From IMG/VR virus record IMGVR_UViG_2711768000_000004: a DNA stretch of 10,290 nucleotides. One strand, given 5' to 3'. The stretch comes from a virus (lineage: Duplodnaviria > Heunggongvirae > Uroviricota > Caudoviricetes). Shown here piece by piece: positions 1-7,692 of the stretch (positions within the stretch are counted from its first letter, which is position 1; every line of letters begins with the position of its first letter). The notes under the pieces were generated by a model. It was given only the letters and a program-made list of their open reading frames with translations, had not been told where the DNA came from and did no database searches. The translations under genes and the position numbers were made by a program.

Positions 1-87
1 AGAGCCTGTCCAATGTGCATAAAAAAATCCGGAAACAAGTGAGCGTTTCCGGATTCTTACACAGCCACTGGATCGGTCAACTGATCC

Positions 88-1335
88 TTAACTGATCGGC
101 ATTACACCACCGGGACGCGGATTCATATCTTCCAGGTCGCGGCAGTCATTGGAAGAGTAAATTCCCCAGTTGATCCCGGTGGCGTAGGCTTCAAAACGGG
201 ACTTCATATCCCCGCGCAGTAACGCCCCGGCGTTAAATTTGGCGTAATAAACGCCCTGCTTACTTTTTCGTACCAGTCCGGTGTTGATCCGCTGTTCGAT
301 GCGGGTCAGATACGGCACCAGTGAATAGTTGATAAATCCCAGCCCCAGCTCTTCGATATTGTTGAAGGTGGCGCGATCGGTGTTCTGCACCATGTGCAAC
401 GGCACCCGGAACAGACGACAGATTTCTTCCAGCTGAAACTTGCGGGTTTCCAGGAACTGACTGTCCTCGGCGTTCAGCGCCATCGACTTCCAGTCCAGCC
501 CCATTTCCAGAATCATCGGGCGGTGAGCATTGCCAAGCCCCGTGTGACACTCCTCAAAATCTTTCTTCAGACGCTCGTAAGCATCCGGCGTGAGCTTTTG
601 TTCCGTACGCAACACACCGGATGTCACCGCACCATTACTAAACAACCTGGCACCGTGCTCCTCGGTTGCCGCTGCCAGTGAAATGGCCTCACGCGCATAC
701 GCAATGGGATTCAGCCCGACAAGTCCATCCAGCGTCAGGGTGCGCACATGCCAGATTTCATTCTGGGTCAACACATCCACGGAACCATCCGGAAACGTCA
801 CCTGATAAACCGGCTGCCACTGGCTGTTCAGCTTCGGTTCCACACAGCCCGGATCTATCGGAAGAAGCTCCACCACTTCTCCCAGTGCCTTTACCTTGTA
901 GGCGTAAAAATTCCCCCGTAGACACAGGCAGACAATAACCAGCTCCCAGAATTCCTGCGGTGTCATGTAGCCATTAGGTTTTGCCGAAACCAACTTATGC
1001 AGTCGTTCATCCACCGCCCGTGTTTTCAGGGTACCGCTGATTTTGTAGAGACTGCAGGGCAGCATACCAACAGACTCTGCCAGCACCCTGACGCAAGAAT
1101 AGACCGCCGTCAGGCGCATGGCCCGCTGGCTACTGATCCGCTTTCCGGTATAGGTGTCGTATGACAGCCCGATAGCATCAGCAGTTCTGCTGGCGTGGTC
1201 ACCGGCACATCGCTTTTTCGTTGAAATAATCCCGAAAAGAACACTATTTACCTCCGCCGACAGACTGCCGTGTACGGTCGAGATATCGCGCCACCAGCCA
1301 CGACCAGAACAGGCACAGCGCCCCGGCAACAACAA
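88..1335 (-). CDS. Phage portal protein (HK97-like family); stop at 88 is firm, start is unresolved (1335 is the maximal ORF, a TTG)
   Basis: 415-codon ORF directly downstream of the terminase large subunit. Translation has a portal-like N-terminal motif ([27 protein letters not shown]). The first in-frame ATG is at 1119; no ATG or GTG lies in frame between the upstream small ORF stop (1244-1246) and 1119. Confidence 0.75.
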   Translation of the reverse strand: MLLPGRCACSGRGWWRDISTVHGSLSAEVNSVLFGIISTKKRCAGDHASRTADAIGLSYDTYTGKRISSQRAMRLTAVYSCVRVLAESVGMLPCSLYKISGTLKTRAVDERLHKLVSAKPNGYMTPQEFWELVIVCLCLRGNFYAYKVKALGEVVELLPIDPGCVEPKLNSQWQPVYQVTFPDGSVDVLTQNEIWHVRTLTLDGLVGLNPIAYAREAISLAAATEEHGARLFSNGAVTSGVLRTEQKLTPDAYERLKKDFEECHTGLGNAHRPMILEMGLDWKSMALNAEDSQFLETRKFQLEEICRLFRVPLHMVQNTDRATFNNIEELGLGFINYSLVPYLTRIEQRINTGLVRKSKQGVYYAKFNAGALLRGDMKSRFEAYATGINWGIYSSNDCRDLEDMNPRPGGVMPIS

Positions 1336-1426
1336 AACCCGCCGGGGGATAAATCAGCCAGGCACCATACGCCAGCAAAAGCGCACCCAGCACGCCCACC
1401 AGAGGCGCGAGAATCAGCATGATCAT
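1244..1426 (-). CDS. Small hydrophobic (two predicted TM segments) protein of unknown function
   Basis: ATG at 1426-1424 preceded by GAGG about 7 nt upstream, immediately after the terL stop TAA (1440-1438). The 60-aa product [48 protein letters not shown] is strongly hydrophobic with CTG-rich E. coli-like codons. Confidence 0.5.
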   Translation of the reverse strand: MIMLILAPLVGVLGALLLAYGAWLIYPPAGFVVAGALCLFWSWLVARYLDRTRQSVGGGK

Positions 1427-1437
1427 AATTACCTCAG

Positions 1438-3171
1438 TTAAAGCGAGCGGATCCCGTAGGACTCAATGTGGTCAGACAGCGTGTCTTCTTTCTCGTACAG
1501 CATGGCTCTGCCAACCGCCATAATCAGCGCAACTGCACCATCGATTTTGTTTTCCGCCTGCTCTTTGACGGGTTTCACCACATCATCGTTACCCGGCATG
1601 TTTTTGCCGACCACGTTGCCGATACACCAGGTCATGATGGGATTGCCGTCATGATGAAAACGTCCCGATTCAATCGCTGCTTCCAGCTCTTTCATCGGAT
1701 CGGACATATTGGTGAAGTTCTGGACGATAGTGACGGGATTCAGGTCTTCATCAGCAAGGTCATGTGACAACCCGGTCGCCCCGAAGGGGTCGATGGGTGA
1801 CTCACTGACCGGGCTGATTTTGTTCGCCGCTTTGGCCTCCTCGAGGATGTAGCGATAATCCACCTCCGCACCATCGGTAACGGTCAGAACGCCCATTTCC
1901 ACCCATTTCTGAAAGCGTTCGGCTGTCCGTCGATCTTCATTTTTCTCGACGCTGTACACCGTGTCATACGGTACCCAGAAACGCGGGGCCACACTGTAGT
2001 AATGCGTTTTACCGTCAATCTCGCGGGTATAAAGTCGCGCCATGCTGTTCATATCCAGCTTACGCGCCAGGTCAAAGGCCAGAATGCACGGCTGCCCCTC
2101 GAACTGCTCAAGGGTCAGTGATTTATCCTCGCAGCTCTGCCAGCTCACCAAGTTGAAATACGCCGAACGCGCCGACACCCAGATATTGAGGTGTTTTGTT
2201 TTAAAGACGTTTGCCAGACGGGCGTTATTTTTCGCACGCTGCTGCTGACTTAACAAAAATTCGCGATAAACCGACACGCCAATATTTGGATTGGCTTTTT
2301 CCAGCACCTGCGGGCCGGTCCAGTCGTCACCTTCATCAACGGTATAGATGATCCCGAACAGTTCATCGTTAGGCACCGAGCCGTTGAGCATCTCGATGAC
2401 TTCCCGCCGCTTGTCGTAGCACGGCCCCTCAATGTTGTACCCGGCGGTGGTGATGGCCCACATCAGTGGCTGACGTCGCGCCCCCATCCCGGTAAGCATT
2501 GTGGTATAAAGCGCATCGGTGGCATGCTCGTGATATTCATCAACCACGGCACAGTGGGGTGATGAACCATCACCTGGGTTGCCGATCAGCGGTTCAAACC
2601 GCGCGCCATCCTCCGGACGGTTCATGTTTGAGGCGTTAACCTCAATCCCGAACGCTTCCGTCAGCATGGGTGTGCGTTTACACATCAGTCGCGCCGGGCG
2701 AAAGACTTCCCACGCCTGTTTCTCTGTCGTGGCACCGGAATACACTTCCGCGCCAAACTCGTTATCACAGGCAAAACAATACAGGGCAACACCGGCAGAG
2801 ATTGCTGATTTGCCGTTCTTACGGGGGATTTCGGTGTACACCTCCCGGAAGCGGCGCAACCGGGTGCCTTTATTGACCCAGCCAAACGCACAGCAGATCA
2901 CAAATAGCTGCCACGGCTCCAGCGTGATGGGCATCCGTTTGAATGCCCACTCCCCCTTGGTGTGCGGCAACAGCTGAATAAATTTCGCGGCCCGTTCAGC
3001 CAGGTCCTTGTCGAAGCGGTAACGAAACGACTTACTTTTTTCCGCCATCAGGTCATCAAGATGGCGCTGGCAGGCCTGAATCACAAACTGGCAGGCAACA
3101 ATCTTTCCGCGCACGACATCCCGGGCATACTGATTTGCAGCATTTACGTTGGGGTAAGATTTCCGGCTCAT
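1438..3171 (-). CDS. Terminase large subunit (TerL)
   Basis: 577-aa ORF with Walker A-like PRKNGKS, an acidic VVDEYH motif and a C-terminal nuclease-like region. Its ATG (3171-3169) overlaps the upstream terS stop TGA in an ATGA arrangement. Confidence 0.95.
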   Translation of the reverse strand: MSRKSYPNVNAANQYARDVVRGKIVACQFVIQACQRHLDDLMAEKSKSFRYRFDKDLAERAAKFIQLLPHTKGEWAFKRMPITLEPWQLFVICCAFGWVNKGTRLRRFREVYTEIPRKNGKSAISAGVALYCFACDNEFGAEVYSGATTEKQAWEVFRPARLMCKRTPMLTEAFGIEVNASNMNRPEDGARFEPLIGNPGDGSSPHCAVVDEYHEHATDALYTTMLTGMGARRQPLMWAITTAGYNIEGPCYDKRREVIEMLNGSVPNDELFGIIYTVDEGDDWTGPQVLEKANPNIGVSVYREFLLSQQQRAKNNARLANVFKTKHLNIWVSARSAYFNLVSWQSCEDKSLTLEQFEGQPCILAFDLARKLDMNSMARLYTREIDGKTHYYSVAPRFWVPYDTVYSVEKNEDRRTAERFQKWVEMGVLTVTDGAEVDYRYILEEAKAANKISPVSESPIDPFGATGLSHDLADEDLNPVTIVQNFTNMSDPMKELEAAIESGRFHHDGNPIMTWCIGNVVGKNMPGNDDVVKPVKEQAENKIDGAVALIMAVGRAMLYEKEDTLSDHIESYGIRSL

Positions 3172-3662
3172 GATTCGATAATTTTCAGAAACGGGTTAGT
3201 GGCTTTCTTCTGCCCCGCCAGGCCAATCAGACGCTGGCGGCTGCTGGGGTCGAGTCCGAGCATTGCCCCCGTGCTGCTCATCTCGGACTCCTGTTCTTTT
3301 TTGGCGGTCAGCTCCGGATTTTTGACCCTGCCGCCCATTGCACCGGTGATGGTGTTGCCCTGTATGGCAATATTTTTCACGGCACGTCGCCAGAACTCAT
3401 AGGCCACGCACCACCGCTCAAGTACCGCCAGGTCAGTCACGCACAGCAGGCCCTGACCGCAGAGTTCTTTGGTTGTCAGTTGCCACATGATCGTGGCGAG
3501 AGGGAGATCTTCTTCAGCGAACCACTCTGGTGGCTCAACACCTTTGATGGGCGTAAAAACAGGTTCATCTTTGTTCAGGGCTCGCTTGCCGGGGTTTCCG
3601 GCCAGCGCCTTGCGCGCCGTTGGCTTGGGGCGACGCCCGGAACGCCCCGCCGTTCCAGCCAT
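3168..3662 (-). CDS. Terminase small subunit (P27 family-like)
   Basis: ATG at 3662-3660 with AGGAG about 9 nt upstream. N-terminus [27 protein letters not shown] is typical of P27-type small terminase subunits. Sits between an HNH gene and terL, as in HK97-like packaging modules. Confidence 0.85.
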   Translation of the reverse strand: MAGTAGRSGRRPKPTARKALAGNPGKRALNKDEPVFTPIKGVEPPEWFAEEDLPLATIMWQLTTKELCGQGLLCVTDLAVLERWCVAYEFWRRAVKNIAIQGNTITGAMGGRVKNPELTAKKEQESEMSSTGAMLGLDPSSRQRLIGLAGQKKATNPFLKIIES

Positions 3663-3671
3663 ATGCGGCAC

Positions 3672-3783
3672 TCCTGGTTAAATTTCATTTTTCGCGGGTA
3701 TAAAAAAACGATGGGGCGGGCAGTCCGGAAGACGTCAGGTCACAGGGATTTGCCCCGCCCCTCCCTACAAGTGAGAATAATTA
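3672..3783. other. Candidate cos / packaging-initiation region
   Basis: Intergenic region between the HNH gene and terS. GC-rich imperfect dyad GGGGCGGGCA (3713-3722) and TGCCCCGCCC (3751-3760) pairs at 8 of 10 positions and flanks a GACGTC-containing core. HK97-like phages place cos between HNH and terS. Confidence 0.3.
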
Positions 3784-4134
3784 TCACCGGATTCGTTCGC
3801 GCGCTGTTTTCGCTTTATGGCAGGGCCAGCACAGACTCTGCAGGTTGCTGTCTGCGTCTGTTCCGCCATGCGCTTTCGGGATGATGTGGTCGACGGTTTT
3901 CGCCTCGCTCACCACACCGACACGCAGACACAACTGACACAGACCTTTATCGCGCTTCAGAATACGGGCACGAATCACCGTCCATTTTGAGCCATAGCCA
4001 CGCTGGTGGCGGCTCAGTCCGCGCTGGTGCTGCACCCAGCCTTCACCGCGATGTTTATCGCAGTAACCCGAACTGTCTGTGGTTGTACCTGCACATCCAC
4101 GCTTACGGCAGGCACGTGGGATTAGTGATGGCAT
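3784..4134 (-). CDS. HNH homing endonuclease (packaging-associated)
   Basis: 116-aa ORF with Cys-rich CxxC pairs and an HNH core (DHIIPKAHGGTDADSNLQSLCWPCHKAKT). ATG at 4134-4132 with GAGGT upstream. Immediately precedes terS. Confidence 0.9.
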   Translation of the reverse strand: MPSLIPRACRKRGCAGTTTDSSGYCDKHRGEGWVQHQRGLSRHQRGYGSKWTVIRARILKRDKGLCQLCLRVGVVSEAKTVDHIIPKAHGGTDADSNLQSLCWPCHKAKTARERIR

Positions 4135-4176
4135 AAATACCTCATACCCTGCGAAATGTTTACCACGATAAAAAGG

Positions 4177-4641
4177 CTACTTAATGCACTGAGTGCGGAT
4201 ATACTCCTGTGCCCCTTCCAGTTGCATCTGCATCGTCATCAGCCGCTCTCTGAGGGTGAAATAATCCCGTTCAGCGGTGTCTGCCAGTCGGGGGCTGGTT
4301 GCATTATCCACGCCGGAGGCGGTGGTGGCTTCACGCACTGACTGACAGACTGCTTTGATGTGCAACCGACGACGACCAGCGGCAACATCAGCGCGCAGAG
4401 TTTCATTTTCAGCTTTCGCATCAGCTAACTCCTTCGTGTATTTAGCATCGAGTGCATTAACATCACGCTGTCTCTGCTGCATGTCAGTAATGGTTGCGTT
4501 CGCCAGCTTCAGTTCTCTTGCGTTTTTGTCGCGCTGCTCTTTGTAGGTAATGGCGTTATCACGGTAATGATTAACAGCCCATGACAGGCAGACGATGATG
4601 CAGATAACCAGAGCGGAGATAATCGCGGTGACTCTGCTCAT
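4177..4641 (-). CDS. Rz: Spanin inner-membrane subunit (i-spanin, Rz)
   Basis: Translation from [21 protein letters not shown] has an N-terminal TM segment then a coiled-coil periplasmic domain. It closely matches my recollection of DLP12 RzpD / phage 21 Rz. The ATG (4641-4639) overlaps the endolysin stop (ATGA). Confidence 0.85.
   Translation of the reverse strand: MSRVTAIISALVICIIVCLSWAVNHYRDNAITYKEQRDKNARELKLANATITDMQQRQRDVNALDAKYTKELADAKAENETLRADVAAGRRRLHIKAVCQSVREATTASGVDNATSPRLADTAERDYFTLRERLMTMQMQLEGAQEYIRTQCIK
4239..4421 (-). CDS. Rz1: Spanin outer-membrane lipoprotein subunit (o-spanin, Rz1), embedded in Rz in an alternate frame
   Basis: [20 protein letters not shown] has a signal peptide and lipobox (VVGC) followed by a proline-rich PPPPPAW segment. 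The gene lies wholly inside Rz, the classic Rz/Rz1 arrangement. Confidence 0.8.
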   Translation of the reverse strand: MRKLKMKLCALMLPLVVVGCTSKQSVSQCVKPPPPPAWIMQPAPDWQTPLNGIISPSESG

Positions 4642-5135
4642 TGCTGCCCCCACAAACAGACTTCACGCTCAATCTCACGACGGGTCATCAGCCCTTTCCA
4701 TTGCTTACCGCCAGCATATGTCCAGCGACGTAGCTGGTCACATGCGCCTTTGATATCGCCCTGGTTTATTTTGCGAAGAAGCGTCGATGTTCTGAAATTG
4801 CCAGCGCCCACGTTGTAAACGAACGAGTAAAGAGCGCCGCGCGTTGTTTCCGGTATATCGACTTTGATGTACGGGTTAATTTGTCTGGCGACAGTGGCAA
4901 GGTCTTTATTCAGGAGGGCTTTGCATTCTGCTTCGGTATACGTTTTACCGAGCATGATGTCTTTTCCGGTGTGTCCGTGACATACAGTCCATACACCAAT
5001 GATATCTTTGTATGGTATGTAGCTGACACCTTCCAGACCATCGTTACCACCTGGGCCAGTGATTAACACAGATGCTATAGCAACAGCCCCACCACCAATA
5101 GCAGCTGCAACAGCCTTGCGTAATGATGGCGACAT
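4638..5135 (-). CDS. SAR endolysin (lysozyme, phage 21 R / DLP12 RrrD-like)
   Basis: 165 aa. N-terminal signal-anchor-release segment [20 protein letters not shown], then a lysozyme core with E-D-T catalytic residues ([11 protein letters not shown]...[10 protein letters not shown]). Near-identical to my recollection of RrrD / R21. ATG at 5135-5133 with GAGGTG upstream. Confidence 0.9.
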   Translation of the reverse strand: MSPSLRKAVAAAIGGGAVAIASVLITGPGGNDGLEGVSYIPYKDIIGVWTVCHGHTGKDIMLGKTYTEAECKALLNKDLATVARQINPYIKVDIPETTRGALYSFVYNVGAGNFRTSTLLRKINQGDIKGACDQLRRWTYAGGKQWKGLMTRREIEREVCLWGQQ

Positions 5136-5157
5136 TATTCACCTCTCGCAGCCTTAC
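5135..5157 (-). pseudogene. 3'-terminal remnant (last 7 codons plus stop) of a pinholin gene (S21/EssD-like), truncated by IS2
   Basis: Minus strand reads (C)GT AAG GCT GCG AGA GGT GAA TAA, i.e. K-A-A-R-G-E-stop. This matches the C-terminus ...REDRRKAARGE of S21/EssD as I recall it, with the usual TAATG overlap onto the endolysin start. The rest of the gene is replaced by IS2 starting at 5158. Confidence 0.55.
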
Positions 5158-5677
5158 TAGACTGGCCCCCTGAATCTCCAGACAACCAGTATCACTTAAA
5201 TAAGTGATAGTCTTAATACTAGTTTTTAGACTAGTCATTGGAGTACAGATGATTGATGTCTTAGGGCCGGAGAAACGCAGACGGCGTACCACACAGGAAA
5301 AGATCGCAATTGTTCAGCAGAGCTTTGAACCGGGGATGACGGTCTCCCTCGTTGCCCGGCAACATGGTGTATACGGAGAAGCACATCCGTATCATCAGTG
5401 TGACGACTGCGGCGGCCATCCATCCAGTCATCGGTTCGTCTGAGAATGACGTGCAACTGCGCACGCGACACCCGGAGACAACGGCTGACTAAGCTTACTC
5501 CCCATCCCCGGGCAATAAGGGCGCGTGCGCTATCCACTTTTTTGCCCGTCCATATTCAACGGCTTCTTTGAGGAGTTCATTTTCCATCGTTTTCTTGCCG
5601 AGCAGGCGCTGGAGTTCTTTAATCTGCTTCATGGCGGCAGCAAGTTCAGAGGCAGGAACAACCTGTTCTCCGGCGGC
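5158..5677 (+). mobile_element. IS2 (IS3 family) fragment with aberrant structure
   Basis: 5158 onward matches the IS2 left inverted repeat (TAGACTGGCCCCCTGAATCTCCAGACAACCA...) and the orfA start (ATG 5249, [41 protein letters not shown]). After about 5371 the sequence becomes the reverse complement of internal IS2: the minus strand encodes the InsC C-terminus and InsD N-terminus ([59 protein letters not shown]). The fragment ends at the N run. Confidence 0.8.
5249..5371 (+). pseudogene. IS2 orfA (InsC) N-terminal fragment, 41 codons, then sequence diverges
   Basis: In-frame match to the IS2 InsC N-terminus. Reading frame leaves IS2 orfA after ...ARQHGV at the junction near 5361-5371. Confidence 0.7.
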
Positions 5678-5712
5678 NNNNNNNNNNNNNNNNNNNNNNN
5701 NNNNNNNNNNNN
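5678..5712. other. Unresolved sequence (35 N)
   Basis: Run of n characters; assembly gap or masking. Confidence 1.
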
Positions 5713-5774
5713 CGATTTTGATATCGGGCCATTAAAAAAGATCGCGTAGCATTCTTAATTCATGAGGAACTTTA

Positions 5775-5839
5775 CCCGCCAGCAATCTGAGTAGCGAAAG
5801 CTGTTCATCCCCAATGTTTTTGCTGGCGGGTCCTTTTTT
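5775..5839 (+). terminator. Plus-strand terminator-like stem-loop with T tract
   Basis: ACCCGCCAGCAA (5775-5786) pairs with TTGCTGGCGGGT (5820-5831) around a 33-nt loop, followed by CCTTTTTT. Orientation is opposite to the phage genes. A plus-strand reading frame ends ...DFDIGPLKKIA-stop at 5749 just upstream. Confidence 0.35.
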
Positions 5840-6278
5840 CTACGGTCCTCCTCCCCGGAGGGGGGCATTTCATTATTTTTCTAATCGTTACTGGTGAGAA
5901 GGCGGAAGAAAAAGCCAGTTCTTCGCCCCTAAATAACAGCATGATTCCAGTCCATGCAAAATCTGATTTCCAGCTCACACATACCGAGCACTGTACAAAA
6001 AACCGCCAGCCAAGGCAGTTAAGAGTGTGTTCCCGGGGTTTGCTTAGAATATTTTGTAAGTTGTCCGAAGAGATATTTACAACACCAGAATGATGAATCA
6101 TCAGTCCCCTGCCAGAGGTTCACTACGTAACCTGACCGACAATGCACCATTCTGGTGCTGAAAAAAGAGCACTGGAACTGCAACAAAACAACATCACAGA
6201 ACAGGAGATGGTAAGGAGTCAGACATTCCCACACAATATTGTGTCAGTGCAAATAACAACCTTCGTCTCAAATCTCGC

Positions 6279-6353
<75 letters not shown>

Positions 6354-6356
6354 ATA

Positions 6357-6432
<76 letters not shown>

Positions 6433-6434
6433 GC

Positions 6435-6511
6435 TGGCCCACCACCGAGGACTCGAACCTCGCACCGTCAACTTAGAAGGTTGATGCTCTATCCGGATGA
6501 GCTAGTGGTGG
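6435..6511 (-). tRNA. tRNA-Arg (anticodon UCU), argN-like
   Basis: CCACCACTAGCTCATCCGGATAGAGCATCAACCTTCTAAGTTGACGGTGCGAGGTTCGAGTCCTCGGTGGTGGGCCA. Acceptor stem CCACCAC/GTGGTGG, anticodon stem TCAAC/GTTGA with loop CTTCTAA, T arm CGAGG-TTCGAGT-CCTCG, encoded CCA. Confidence 0.85.
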
Positions 6512-6512
6512 T

Positions 6513-6589
6513 TGGTGGCCCTTGCTGGACTTGAACCAGCGACCTGGCGATTATGAGTCGCTCGCTCTGACCAACTGAGCTAAAGGGCC
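6513..6589 (-). tRNA. tRNA with CAU anticodon (Ile2/lysidine type, ileX/ileZ-like; Met not excluded)
   Basis: GGCCCTTTAGCTCAGTTGGTCAGAGCGAGCGACTCATAATCGCCAGGTCGCTGGTTCAAGTCCAGCAAGGGCCACCA. Anticodon loop CTCATAA. Very similar to my recollection of E. coli ileX. Encoded CCA; a 27-43 A-C mispair in the anticodon stem. Confidence 0.8.
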
Positions 6590-6600
6590 GGAGGCAGAAT

Positions 6601-6629
6601 AATAACCATATGTCATCACATCTGCAAAC
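6601..6629 (-). promoter_or_regulatory. Candidate sigma70 promoter for the tRNA cluster
   Basis: Minus strand TTGCAG (6629-6624), 17 bp, TATTAT (6606-6601). The first tRNA 5' end (6589) lies about 12 nt downstream of the -10. Confidence 0.4.
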
Positions 6630-6677
6630 TCATCTGACCACCAGCACGTTTAACGTCCTGTGCCGTTTTTCAGGTAT

Positions 6678-6703
6678 AAAAAAACCCGCTCATCGGCGGG
6701 TTT
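6678..6703 (-). terminator. Rho-independent terminator (minus strand) upstream of the tRNA cluster
   Basis: Minus strand AAACCCGC-cgatga-GCGGGTTT followed by TTTTTTTA. Stem is 5-8 bp, loop 6 nt, T tract at 6684-6678. Confidence 0.55.
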
Positions 6704-6773
6704 AAGCTGTGTGGCGTAGTAACCACTCTTAACAGGATATTCAACTTTTTACGATCGTAAAGTTTTCGGAAAA

Positions 6774-6934
6774 NNNNNNNNNNNNNNNNNNNNNNNNNNN
6801 NNNNNNNNNNNNNNNNNNNNNNNNNNNNNNNNNNNNNNNNNNNNNNNNNNNNNNNNNNNNNNNNNNNNNNNNNNNNNNNNNNNNNNNNNNNNNNNNNNNN
6901 NNNNNNNNNNNNNNNNNNNNNNNNNNNNNNNNNN
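6774..6934. other. Unresolved sequence (161 N)
   Basis: Run of n characters inside or just downstream of the ORF6N-domain gene. Confidence 1.
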
Positions 6935-7252
6935 CCACGCCTGATCGGTTTCGAGCATTTTGGCGTGACGGGCTGCGCCACGTTCTGTCCAGAGGATGAG
7001 GGAGCGAACGTTACGGGCAATTTTCACAGAAACTCTTAAAGAGTTTTCGTTCTTCAACTCTCGTAACGCATCACCTTCTATCAGGAAAAAATGTTTACCT
7101 TCTATAAACCGTTCTTTGTTTCGATTGAAATTGTTTGTCAAACGCTGGCGCTCTGTTCCGTACAAATCAGCCAGCAGCTCTGTTGTCATGACAGGAAGAT
7201 GGTTATGCGTAAGTGACGGGAGTTTTTCAATAGACGTGCGATTCATAGACAT
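6935..7252 (-). CDS. ORF6N-domain protein (KilA-N/ORF6N-type phage DNA-binding, antirepressor-like), 3' end lost in N gap
   Basis: ATG at 7252-7250 with AAAGGA upstream. The 105 aa before the gap (MSMNRTSIEKLPSLTHNHLPVMTTELLADLYGTERQRLTNNFNRNKERFIEGKHFFLIEGDALRELK...RSLILWTERGAARHAKML) resemble the ORF6N domain pattern as I recall it. Confidence 0.55.
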
Positions 7253-7389
7253 GTCCTTTCGAATATTTTGATTTACCCCTTTTGAGAGGGTGACCGGGCG
7301 CTCAAAACCGTCGAAAGTCGGCGGGCGTATTTCCATTGCTGGTATTGTATTAGCCGCACACCCGGTCATAAACCAAGAATTCTGGACAC

Positions 7390-7417
7390 AAAAAAACCAC
7401 ATGGCTATCGGGTGTGG
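7390..7417 (-). terminator. Terminator/attenuator-like hairpin in the leader of the ORF6N gene
   Basis: Minus strand CCACA-cccgatagcca-TGTGG followed by TTTTTTT (7396-7390). Lies about 30 nt downstream of the second promoter. Confidence 0.45.
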
Positions 7418-7452
7418 ATACCGCTTTCGAGGTGTTTTGAGCACCGCGGGGA

Positions 7453-7481
7453 AATGTAAACTGCAAACCTGAAACTGTCAA
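7453..7481 (-). promoter_or_regulatory. Near-consensus sigma70 promoter (second module)
   Basis: Minus strand TTGACA (7481-7476), 17 bp, TACATT (7458-7453). Confidence 0.5.
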
Positions 7482-7607
7482 CACCGTCAGGTTCCAATCA
7501 TCGGGTGGTGAGACGCACAGGGTTGGAACTACCGGGAAACCGACCGGCGAGCTTTTCAGCTCCCCCATGCGCCCCACCATAATTCAGATGTGCGCGTGCA
7601 TACGACA

Positions 7608-7630
7608 ATAAAAAACACGCTCGCGGCGTG
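7608..7630 (-). terminator. Rho-independent terminator, candidate tR'
   Basis: Minus strand ACACGC-cgcga-GCGTGT followed by TTTTTATT. About 75 nt downstream of the promoter that abuts Q. Confidence 0.6.
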
Positions 7631-7692
7631 TGTCTGTCGCGGTCTCTATCCGGGGTTCCAATCCCGACGCCAGATTTTGCTGGCGCGTGAGG

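Noticed and set aside
394-938. Plus-strand ORFs (394-681, 590-805, 666-938) inside the portal gene
   Set aside because: Shadow ORFs antisense to a well-supported minus-strand gene; no ribosome-binding sites and low-complexity Pro/Ser/His-rich translations.
1466-3402. Plus-strand ORFs (e.g. 1468-1767, 2579-2977, 2962-3402) and the minus-strand ORFs 2250-2432 and 2685-2891 within the terminase genes
   Set aside because: All lie wholly within terL/terS, either antisense or in alternate frames, with no independent start signals.
5044-5292. 82-aa minus-strand ORF spanning the endolysin start and the IS2 left end
   Set aside because: Chimeric read-through across the IS2 junction and the endolysin 5' end; Cys/Trp-rich nonsense translation.
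5204-5537. ORFs 5204-5443 (+), 5235-5537 (-) and 5261-5464 (-) as intact genes
   Set aside because: They are IS2 transposase fragments (InsC N-terminus; InsD N-terminus on the inverted segment) that run into junction-derived sequence. Recorded as mobile-element fragments, not functional CDS.
5525-5749. 74-aa plus-strand ORF crossing the 35-N gap
   Set aside because: Frame is maintained only through N-derived codons; the upstream part is antisense to the IS2 InsC C-terminus. Only the last 11 codons are noted as a possible gene 3' remnant.
5713-6278. Shiga toxin (stxAB) or other toxin cargo at the position downstream of Q and the tRNAs
   Set aside because: No ORF of suitable size is present and the sequence does not match the stxA 5' region as I recall it. 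Cargo, if any, would have to be in the N gaps or lost to IS2.
6670-7444. ORFs 6670-7020, 6741-6938 and the 231-aa ORF 6749-7444 containing runs of X
   Set aside because: Reading frames carried through the N run are artefacts. Only the portion from the ATG at 7252 down to the gap is treated as real, and the six-frame start at 7444 would lie inside the leader terminator.
7590-7680. Possible tRNA or tRNA fragment suggested by GGTTCCAATCCC at about 7655
   Set aside because: I could not fold a cloverleaf with paired acceptor and T stems on either strand; the resemblance to a T arm is superficial.
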